A DNA stretch of 63,553 nt, filler included, from Cercozoa sp. M6MM (taxonomy: Eukaryota; Protista; Endomyxa: Ascetosporea), in assembly GCA_040357565.1 (NCBI GenBank). It is 13 parts of 13 records of this genome, joined end to end, with 100 filler letters (N's around TTAATTAATTAA, not from the genome) between each part and the next. Parts side by side here need not be neighbours in the genome. Positions count along the whole stretch, not along the records: positions 53,990 to 55,506 come from JBDODJ010002009.1; positions 55,607 to 59,954 come from JBDODJ010001164.1; positions 60,055 to 61,274 come from JBDODJ010002108.1; positions 61,375 to 63,553 come from JBDODJ010001823.1; 9 more parts are not named here. One strand, given 5' to 3'. This document shows positions 54,003-63,553 of this stretch, piece after piece. Position 1 is the first letter of the stretch, and each line of letters begins with the position of its first letter. The notes below the pieces were generated by a model, which was not told the DNA's origin, did not search any database, and saw only the letters and a program-made list of their open reading frames with translations. The translations under genes were made by a program, and so were the position numbers.

Positions 54003-54739
54003 AAGGGGGCAAAACCGTCTGGTAGGCCGGCGTAATCCAATGCGCCCACGGCAGCAAACGCTGCTGCAGCGCAGGCAGGTCGACATGCTTGACTCGAGTC
54101 AAGTCATCGAAGGCAGCGGCACCACTGTCCAGTACGGCACCTGCACACACCAACAACCTTGTTCGGCAGGTACTGTGTGACACACCGGACACTGACTATG
54201 ATGACGGGTACGTCTCCAACGTCGCTGCTCTGCCAACGCGTCCCACGGCACCGGCGTCATTGTCTGCCCNNNNNNNNNNNNNNNNNNNNNNNNNNNNNNN
54301 NNNNNNNNNNNNNNNNNNNNNNNNNNNNNNNNNNNNNNNNNNNNNNNNNNNNNNNNNNNNNNNNNNNNNAAACACCCTGTCGTTGCAGCCGCGCGCATTC
54401 AGCAGCAAGCCGCTCTCTTCGAACACTTCGCGCAACGCCGCGAATCTGAACGGGTCTGCTGGAGGGTAACAGGGGGGGGGGGTAAAGCGGAGTAGAGAGG
54501 GTAAGACCACTGGAGTGCTCCTCGTCGTCCTTGCCGACGGCACCACCCGGGAACACGTAGGCGTCGGCGAAGAAGGAGGCACGTTGCGCACGTCGCAGCA
54601 TGCACACCTTCACCGGCCGCATCGCGTCCATCGTCGGCGCACTAACCCACGCGCATCCTCAGTCACAATAAACAACAAGCCAAACCAACAACACACAGCA
54701 GAACGACGGTTGCGGCCTGCACACACAACACACAGCCAT
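54003..54739 (-). CDS. NUDT19: Nudix hydrolase NUDT19-like (CoA diphosphatase), 3'-truncated
   Basis: CMLRRAQRASFFADAYVFPGGAV, FRFAALREVFEESGLLL (split Nudix box), LLPWAHWITP. Confidence 0.85.
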
Positions 54740-55024
54740 GATTTCTTGTATTTTTCCAACGCAAACAGTGACGTAATTGTTTTATTAATATAAAAAGGCC
54801 AAGGGCACTTTTCTCACTGAAACGCTCATTAGCGGAGACTTGCGAATTAGGCACTTTCGTAGCACACGACGACACGCAAAGAAAGCAATGCCACTGGCAC
54901 GCCCGTCGCTTCTTGAAACGGCTGATGGTCATTCTGCCAGCCAACGCAGCTTTAACTCGATTGCTAGGCCGAGGCAACACAGCATTCTGTAGTGTCTCGA
55001 GGCGTGTTGACACAGCGTAAAACA

Positions 55025-55397
55025 ATGAGCGAGTTGCCGATGGATTTCTCGCCCGAGGGTAGCTTTTCTTTGCGAAAAACTGGCCCAAGTACGGTATGGG
55101 ACGGTGATAATGGTATGTGTGGGCCTGTGTCGTCGTAGTGGCACGTGCGCTGGCGCAAGGTGAGGCCGTCGTGGCACTGGAGAGCACGATCGTGGCACAT
55201 GGCATGCCGTACCCGCAGAACCTGGAGACAGCGATCGCTGTGGAGAACGTGGTCCGACAGAACGGCGCCGTGCCTGGTACACAGGCAGTACTGTCCGCTC
55301 GGACACACTTCTTCGGTGGGTGGGACGTTTGGACGCACTGTAGCCACAATTGCACTCTTCGATGGCCGCGTGCAGATCGGCCTGACGCCCGAGAAGG
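55025..55397 (+). CDS. psuG: Pseudouridine-5'-phosphate glycosidase (PsuG/IndA), N-terminal fragment
   Basis: [49 protein letters not shown]|[14 protein letters not shown]. Confidence 0.92.
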
Positions 55398-55791
55398 TGT
55401 GTTTTACCCCCTTCTTGTCCCCTTCTTACCCCCTTCTTACCCCCCCCCCTCTTTACCCCCCTCTTTACCCCCTCTTTGCTCCATCCTTTACCCCCTCTTT
55501 ACCCCCNNNNNNNNNNNNNNNNNNNNNNNNNNNNNNNNNNNNNNNNNNNNTTAATTAATTAANNNNNNNNNNNNNNNNNNNNNNNNNNNNNNNNNNNNNN
55601 NNNNNNTTGTTGTTTTTATTATTTGTTGTTGTTTTTATTATTTGTTGTTGTTTTTTATTAATTTTTGTTGTTTTTATTAATTTTGTTTTTATTAATTTTT
55701 GTTGATTTTATTAATTTTTGTTGTTTTTATTGATGTTTGTTGTTTTTATTAATTTTTGTTGTTTTAATTACTGTTTGTTTCTTTTTTGTAG

Positions 55792-58700
55792 TTCGCGCGT
55801 GCGCGTGCGCTGCGGCGGCGGCTGCGGCAGCGTCGATGTGTCAGTGGTGTGTGTGCCTTTTNNNNNNNNNNNNNNNNNNNNNNNNNNNNNNNNNNNNNNN
55901 NNNNNNNNNNNNNNNNNNNNNNNNNNNNNNNNNNNNNNNNNNNNNNNNNNNNNNNNNNNNNCCCCCCCCCCCCCCCGCTTTCCTGTTTACCCCTCCCCTT
56001 TACCCCTCTTGCCTCCCTCTTTACTCTGTCTTTACCCCCCTCCCCCAGGACCTATCAAACGACGCGGGTGAATCCACGCCGCAGGCACGCGAATTGGACC
56101 TCGTCGACGACAGTATTTTTGAGTGCGAGGTCGCCGTACCGGTTCGTTTCTTTTGTTTTTTGTTTTTTCTCACGTCCGCGCGGATGAGTTTTTTTGTTTG
56201 TTAAATAGACCTTGAACTCGCTGTTGTTGTATGGAGGTACGACGGCCGAGTTCTCGCGTCATGGTCTCCCTTCACCCCTCTTTACCCTCCCCTCTTTACT
56301 CCTCTTTAACAGGTCGACGAAAATTCTCGGAGGACTCGCACAGCTCCGTCATCAAGGTACCAGCTTTTTGTTTGTTTTTGATTTCGAATCGCAGCAAAGC
56401 TGTTCTTCTGCAGGAGTGCGCAAACTTTGCCAAGAATACGTTTCTCGGCAACTTTCGCACCGTCAAAATCAATTTCGGCCACTGGTACAACCGTTTCTCC
56501 CAAAAGCTTTGGCTAAAATTTCGAGATTTCGAGTTGAGTTGCTTTGGATTTCGAAATTTCGAGATTGAGTTGCTTTGAAATTTCGAATCGAGTTGAGTTA
56601 CTTTGGTCCCTTGCGCTTTGAGTAGGTGCAACATGCTGGCGCTGAAACTGCAGCACATCACGCTACTTAACGCTTCTGTAGCTTTCGCTTTTTGTGATTT
56701 CGGCAATCTAATTGTCCTCTGTGTTTGAGCAGTTGAAAGAGTCGAAATTTGTGTTTGCCGTGCCGACCTTTCTCGAAAGTGTGCTGGAGGTGAGCTGCTT
56801 TGAGTGTTGCTACAGAGGTAGAGAACACCTCATTGAAATGCAGGAGGTTCGAGTGCGGTTAGCGCTGTTCCTGGCGCACAACTCGCGCGACGCCGCGCTT
56901 CGATTCGACTTGGTATCGTTTTTTCGCTTTCGGTTCTTTCGCTTTTTTCTTTTTCTTAAGTTTGGCTTTGCTTGCGTCGCAGGCGCCTGAAGCCGACTGT
57001 GCAGCAGCTGACAACGAAGACACGATTGCCGACGCGTTGAAACGGTATTACTTGCTTTGAGTTCAATTCGTCGAGTTGTGTTGATTTGACTTGAGTTGAG
57101 TTGAGGTGTTGATGCGTTGAGTTGAGTTGCTTTGAGTTGATTGTTCTCTGTTGAGCAGAGGTGCCGAACTGGTCATAGTGGCCGACCAAGGCGGCGAACA
57201 ACTTGATCTCGCCGCTGTTCGTGGGTCAGTCTACCAGGTAGCGCAGTGTTTTAAGAAGGTACCCTGCTTAAGCAGAGTTTGATTCGTGCAAGTAGGCGCG
57301 ACTGTTCCTACGTGGCTGCAGCAACACTGCCGGCAGCAACGCAGTCGAACGCAATGCTTTGCGTATAGCTTTTTTTAATTTCCATTTAGCTTTGCTAGCT
57401 TTTTCACAATTTCGGTTTGCTTGACTTTAGGTGACTTTGAGCGCGTGCTGAGCGAGTGCGTCAACGAGTGCAACGCTTCGGTAGTTTTGCGCTTCGCTTC
57501 TGCTTTCCCTTTTTGCTCTTTTCGTTTATTTTTGCTTTTGATTCTGTTTTGTTTTAATGGCGTATTTTAATGACTTCAGATGGAAGACCTGGCGGCCTTC
57601 AACTGGCTGCTGGTTCGGGCCGTGTTGTCGGAACAGGTGCTTTCAATCTCCCTTTTTGTTTGTGTCTGCGAACGTCTCTGCTGTGACAGTTCATTGAGTT
57701 GAAACGTGTGCAAGCTGGCGATACCGATATTGCTGGTGTGCCTTCCTTGCAGAAGCTGTAATCAGAGACAGCACGTTGTGTGTGCGTGCGCAGGATCGAA
57801 TGGACGACGAGCGAAACAACGTGCTGGCGCTGCCTTTGACGAGCGACAGTTCACGCGACAGTGCGTTTTTTCTTTTTGCTTTCCCTTTACTCCTTTTCTG
57901 GAAAGAAAATCAGAAAAATAAAAAACTGCATTTTTTAGAGTCGAAATCGTGCTGGACAAACTGCCGCTCAGCGAAACTGAAGTCGTACCGTTTTGTCTTT
58001 ACATGTTTCCGTTGCTCCTCTCATTTACGAGTGCGTTCGATGTTTCGCAGCGCGTATGGCAGGCTCTGCCGGAAACCTTGTCGAATATGGCACCACTCGC
58101 TTCGACGCAACCACTTTCGGAATGGCTTCGACTCACTGTCACACTCGGTGCCGCTTCCTGTTGTTTTGAAACGGTCTTGTTTGGTAGCTTTGCTTTGCAA
58201 TGGTTTCGTTTTTCGACAGGCTCGCGAAAACGACAACGCTTCCTGAAACTCAAGTTTCGCTTCCAGCCGCAAGCTTTCCGCCAACGGTAAAAAAAACAAA
58301 CCAATCATTTTTAGAGCAAGTTGTCTGACTGGGTGTGTTGCAGTTACTTGGCGCCACAGGTCACCCGTGCAGCGCAAATCCTGTCGAATTTTGTCTGTCG
58401 CGCTGCAACGCGTGCTCGGTCGAATTTGGCCCTGTCCGCGCGGAAGGTAAATAGCAATTTCGAGCTAGTTAATTTGTTTGTGTACAATTCGTCGAAAAAA
58501 CGCATCGTTGTGCAGTGTGAGCCGGTGCACGTTGTTGTAACAGGTGGTGGCTCACGTGCAGAACGGTATGCTGCTTAGTTTCGCTCTGGGTTCAGTTGAA
58601 AAGCTATGGGTTGAGTTGAGTTGTCTTTGTGACTTGAGTTGCTTTGGATGACAGCTACCTGGAGAAGACGCAAAAGGCGGTGTGCGACGCGTTGGTGCAG

Positions 58701-59910
58701 CAAGGTACAATCAGAAGCAATACCTTTTTATGAAGCAAGCTGATGAAGCAAAGCAAAGCTGTGGTTTGTGGCAGGACTCGCTGGTAGCGCCGACGTCGAA
58801 CGTTTGGTGAAATTTCACTCATCGCAGCGAAATCCTTCGCTCGCTGTCGCACGGTACGTTTTTACCCCCCCCTGCCCCCTCTTACCCCCTTGCCCCCTCT
58901 TTACCCCCCTTGTCCCAGAGGCGCCTTGCGAATCGGGCGTCCGCTGGACCGTGCCTTGCGCGTGGAACGTACACGTGGTATGATCTATATCATTGGGTGC
59001 GTATCATTGAGTGGTCGCATGGGTGGCACCCCACGTGCGACTCGTGTAGGTGTGGTGGCCGTGTGGGTCGAGGTGAAACGCTGCGATGCTGCGCAAGTGG
59101 CGCCGCGATCGCGATCGTAGTTTTACCCCCCTGTTTACCCCTCGTTGCCTTTCCGTTTACCCCCCCCCCCCCGCAGAATAATGCCAGTGGCAGTGGTGCG
59201 CGTTGTGGGCGCGTCGGATCTGCTGTACAGTCACCCCCTTAACTTCTTACCCGGCTTTACCCCCCCCCCCTCAGTCACGTGGATGGCGTGTTTCGTTTCC
59301 CGGAGCGAGTGCATCAGTTGCTGCGCGTGTCGCTGCGCGATCAGTTGCGCCGACTGGCTGTGGCCGCGTTCGCGCGCGATGTGGCGGTAGTTTTACCCCC
59401 TTTTTCCCTCCTATTTACCTCCATGTTTAACACCCTATTTACTATTTACCTCCATGTGTTACACCCTATTTATTACCCTCTATTACATCCTCCTTTTTCC
59501 TCCTATTTACTCCCCTATTTACCCCTCTATTTACCCTCTATTTACCACCCTATTTACCCCTTATTTATCACCTTATTTACCCCCCCCCCCCTATTTACCC
59601 CCTGGTGTAGCCGGGCGCGGCCGAAGCGGAGGAGGAGTGGCAGCAGCGCGTGGCGGCGCAGGCCGATCGCTGCCGGCGCCTGCGGCATGCGTTCCGGCAG
59701 AAGCAGGTAGTGTTTACCGCCTCTGCTTACCTTCCTATTTACCCCTGTTTACCCCCTATTTACCCCTGTTTACCCCCTATTTACCCCCCTGTTTACCCCC
59801 CTGTTTACTCTGGGTAGAAAAAGCGCGAGATCCTGCGCACGTCGTTGGACACGGCGGAGGATCGGCAGTTGCACGGACACTTGTTCGGCACGGTGCACGA
59901 TGAGCATGTG
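55792..59910 (+). CDS. Large unknown protein with many tiny exons, both ends truncated
   Basis: Chain of short in-frame exons between GT..AG introns (e.g. ECANFAKNTFLGNFRTVKINFGHW|CNMLALKLQH). No family recognised; it could be two genes. Confidence 0.5.
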
Positions 59911-60054
59911 GTAGTGCCCCCCTAGCCCCTTTACCCCCCTTACCCCCCCCCCCCNNNNNNNNNNNNNNNNNNNNNNNNNNNNNNNNNNNNNNNNNNNNTT
60001 AATTAATTAANNNNNNNNNNNNNNNNNNNNNNNNNNNNNNNNNNNNNNNNNNNN

Positions 60055-60148
<94 letters not shown>

Positions 60149-60170
60149 TGTGTGTGTGTGTGTGTGTGTG

Positions 60171-60229
<59 letters not shown>

Positions 60230-60275
60230 CCTTTACCCCTTACCCTTACCCCTTACCCCTTACCCCTGCCCCAGG

Positions 60276-61222
60276 TGCGGCGGCGCTGTGTGTCACTGGC
60301 GGAGCGGCATAGTGCCGACTGGCGACAACACTTCCAGCTCGTGCTGGCTCTGGCCGATGGTACCAAGGCGCGACTGGCCGCCATACAGGCGGTAGGGCTC
60401 TGTGTTTATACCCTCCATTTCACCTCTTCTTACTCCCCCCATCTTATCCCATATTACCCCCCCCCCCCATCTTCTATTATCCCCAAATTACCCCCATATC
60501 ACCCCCAAATTACCCCCCCCCATCTTACCTCTCTCCCTATTGCCCCAGGGTCTGGCGCATTTGCGTCCCGACATGGTGCACATGTGGCAGCTCAAAACTC
60601 TGTGGTTCCACTGGCCGTCTGCTCAGTCGATGGAGCAGTACGCCACCTCCTTTTGTTTCCCCGTACTCTTTTTTACCCCCTCCAAGTAGACCGTGGGAGA
60701 GCGATGTGGAGTTCCACCGGAGCGATGCGGTGCTGGTGCGGCCGTCGGTGTCCTTCGAGAAGTGCGACCCCGAGGTACTCAAGCTGCGCCAGCAGGTCGT
60801 GCTCTGGCGCGATCGCTTCCTTGCCTCCGTCGTGCGCGACCAGGACCTGCGCTCCTTCTGGTTTTACCCCCTCCTTGCCTCCACCCCTCTCATTCTCTAC
60901 CCTTTACCCCTTACTCTTTACCCCTTACCCTTTACCTTTACCCTTTACCCCTTACCCTTTCCCCTTACCCTTTACCTTTACTCCCTAGCCACACCCTTTA
61001 CCCTTTACCCTTCTTACCCCTCAGGTTGCGAAAGACCAAGCAGCCCGTGCTGAGTGTGCTCATGACGAGGTACAATAGGCTTACCCCCCCCCCGAGGGAG
61101 AGTGTGTGCGTTGGTAGGAAGGAGGGCGAAGAGGCAAAGTTCTGGTGCGGCATCAACATGGAGGTCAGTATGCCGACGGGATCGCTGTGCTCTGAGAGAA
61201 ACGCCATCGGCACGGCACTCAG
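60276..61222 (+). CDS. Cytidine-deaminase-like protein with N-terminal extension (fragment)
   Basis: LADGTKARLAAI...SFW|LRKTKQPVLSVLM...GINMEVSMPTGSLCSERNAIGTAL. GxNxE...LCxERxAI is the CDA zinc/catalytic Glu motif. The PCxxC motif lies beyond the contig end. Confidence 0.75.
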
Positions 61223-61412
61223 GTAGAGGCCGCGTCCCCCCCCCCCCCCACCCTTTTACCCCCTCCACCCCTGCNNNNNNNNNNNNNNNNNNNNNNNNNN
61301 NNNNNNNNNNNNNNNNNNTTAATTAATTAANNNNNNNNNNNNNNNNNNNNNNNNNNNNNNNNNNNNNNNNNNNNCCCGTTTACCCACTCTTACCCCCCCC
61401 CCCCCCCCGTAG

Positions 61413-62267
61413 ACGGCGACGCGGCGGGACTGCACAAGTGCGACGACGTCGGTCGCACGCCGCTGTCGCTGGTGCTGAGTGCGCCACTCACGAGCAGCGG
61501 CCGTCGCATTCTGCACGCCTTCGTGCACGAGTACGGCGTCACTGAGTTGGTGCGCAAAGCTTTCTCCTCTCTGAGTTGAGTTGAGTTGCTTTGCTTTGAG
61601 TTGAGTTGAGTTGCTTTGCTTTAAGTTGAGTTGCTTTGCTTTGAGTTGCTTTGCTTTGAGTTGCTTTGAGTTGAGTTGAGTCTGAGTTGCTTTGAGTTGA
61701 CTCGAGACATGCGAGCAGGACATTGAGGCCGCCAAGCAGAGCGAGAATCTCGAAGCGCTGGCGCTCATCATGCTGCACACGTCGCACAAGGTGCTGCACC
61801 CGGCTGCTCGGCAGCTGCTGCCTGCGCTGCGACAGAAGAGAGTGGCCGAACTCATCGAGGTTCGCTCTTGCTTTCGCTTTGTTTCGAAGTATTTCGCTTT
61901 GTTTCAAACGGATTTCGCTTGGTTTCGAAATCCGTGCTTTGCTTTCGAAATAGTTTGGCTTTGACAGGCGCTGCCGGAGGAGATATCGCCGCTACTGCTA
62001 CCGTTCGTGCTGAACATCCCGAGCGACATCAAGACGGAGGAACTCATCGCCGAGACACGTGCTGCCGAGCGACGACAGCGACGCAACGCGGTTTTGAAGA
62101 AACTCGCTGTCGTGGCATCGGTCTCCTTGGGCGTCGTTGCTTTGTGGGCAGCCGTCCGCGCGGCCAATCAAAGTTTTGATCGTGTAGAGCAGAGTCAGCA
62201 GAATGCAGCTGCTGGGTTGCCCGTGGGTCGGGTCGAGTTCACGCGACGACACACGCGGGAGAGCTGA
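61413..62267 (+). CDS. 3' part of a protein with an ankyrin-like GRTPL motif and a C-terminal TM segment
   Basis: DDVGRTPLSL; LAVVASVSLGVVALWAAV; TGA at 62265-62267. Confidence 0.5.
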
Positions 62268-62553
62268 GCCGGCAATTTTTGATTTGTTTCTTATCGGGCC
62301 GATAGATGCATATCAGATAGCTACACATCACAACAACGAGTGGTTCCGATGCCGTATTATCGAGTCTGCGCTTCTCCGGCTCTATCGGGGAGCCAGAAGC
62401 AGGAGCTCGAACCTTCACGCTTGCAACGGCCAGTAGCACCTCCACCGTCACCCTGTGCGTGTTATTACTACTACGGTTGTAGTACGCGTGTGTAGCAGCA
62501 AATTGTGCACCGGCGAGCGAAATTTTCTGTTGCGATAGATAGGAGAGTGAGAA

Positions 62554-63553
62554 ATGCCAGTGACGCCACCTGCTCCGCTGCAAACACTGCCGTTGGACGC
62601 CTCCACGGTGCGTTCTTTTGATATCCTTTGCGTGCGAGGTGCTTCCCTTGTGGTGGATCTCTTTTTAACTGCAGCTTTCGGGCGTGCGATCGGTGCTCCA
62701 GCGCGCTTTCGACGTCTCCAACCAAGCGCAGGCGCAGGGAGCTCTGGTCCGTTGCTCCCTTTGTTGTTTCGCTTAAAGCTTTTCGATTTCACGCCAAAGC
62801 TTTTCGATTTCGCGGCAAAGCTTTTCGATTTCGCAAAAAGCTTTTCGATTTCGCGCCAAAGCTTTTCGATTTCACTCTCGGTGCGCAGAAGGAGCTGACG
62901 CAACTGCGTCAGAAGGGCGGCTTTGGCGCGATTCTGTCGCAACTCGTGATGCAAGACGCCGACGAAACCGTGCGACTCCTGGCGGCCACTCAGGTAGCGC
63001 TTGCTTTGGCTTTGGCTCTCGCGAAATCGAGATAGCTTTTGCTTTCGCAGTTGCGACGAGTGGCGGAGCAACTGCCATGGCGCAGGTATCCTTCTTTTTA
63101 TCGCTTGCTTTGAAGTGGGAAAGCTTTGATTTCGAGTGAGAAGCTTTTTGCTTTCGAGTGAGAAGCTTTTATTTCGAGTGAGTAGCTTTGATTTCGAGTG
63201 AGTAGCTTTGATTTCGAGTGAGAAGCTTTGCTTCGTTTGTGTAGCAAGCGACACGAAGCGCTGCGTGCCGAGTTGGATTGGATGCGTGAGAGTGCGTTCT
63301 GTCTTTACCCCCCTGTTTACCCCCCTATTTACCCCCTATATACCTCCCTGTTTACCCCCTATTTACCCCCCTATACCCCCTATATACCCCCCTGTTTACC
63401 CCCCTGTTTACCCCCCTATTTACCCCCCTATTTACCTCCCCCCATCGGACAGAGCTGTTGGAGCACCTGCTGCAGAAGGAGACGAACAAGGCTGTTTGCA
63501 AGTTGTTGTCGGAGTGTATCGGCGCCATTGCGCGAGAGGACTGGCCCGAGGTT
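62554..63553 (+). CDS. Importin-beta family protein (IBN_N domain), 3'-truncated
   Basis: ELTQLRQKGGFGAILSQLV...VRLLAATQ|LRR...W...LLSECIGAIAREDWPE. Confidence 0.78.
62775..63230 (+). repeat. Intronic 20-21-nt minisatellites (AAAGCTTTTCGATTTCGCGCC; GAGAAGCTTTGATTTCGAGT) in the importin gene
   Basis: Tandem units visible at ~62775-62875 and ~63120-63230. Confidence 0.85.

Noticed and set aside
58050-58450. TopoVIB-like (TOP6BL/MTOPVIB) identity for the orphan gene
   Set aside because: Only a vague helical resemblance; no GHKL or transducer motif could be confirmed.
59390-59954. TTTACCCC arrays as telomeric repeats
   Set aside because: They are degenerate, intronic and oriented by transcription, and differ from the CCCTAA/CCCTAAA C-strand. 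Contigs end in them because assembly fails there.
62775-63230. 20-21-nt repeats as a CRISPR array
   Set aside because: Tandem units without unique spacers, inside eukaryotic introns, with no cas genes.

Overview
Eukaryotic (protist-like) nuclear DNA from a fragmented assembly, not one locus. Thirteen contigs are joined by 12 artificial 100-nt spacers (N44-TTAATTAATTAA-N44), so gene order is only meaningful between spacers. The DNA is gene-dense and extremely intron-rich, and most contigs break inside intronic simple repeats. About 30 spliced genes or fragments were reconstructed by hand in the standard code. They include GLE1, a BRI3-like protein, DnaJ, TRMT11, an FNT transporter, PRPF6, TMED10, glutaredoxin, a VPS9 protein, a Diaphanous-type formin, JmjC, SREK1IP1-like, persulfide dioxygenase, MCM3, MND1, RING, ABHD11, ARL1, a C2 protein, ATG18, TCP11-like, LRR-zinc knuckle, RBM24/38-like, FN3, NUDT19, PsuG, a cytidine-deaminase-like protein and an importin-beta. 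The most unusual signals are: (1) 5' splice sites dominated by GTAC/GTAT with little +5G; (2) introns built from (TTTACCCC)n-type arrays that follow the direction of transcription; (3) a ~130-bp structured repeat found three times, each between convergent gene 3' ends; (4) a Gle1 with its own FG-repeat tail; (5) GTAC clusters in divergent promoters. Exon boundaries are manual inferences without RNA data, and CDS coordinates span first to last inferred coding base including introns.
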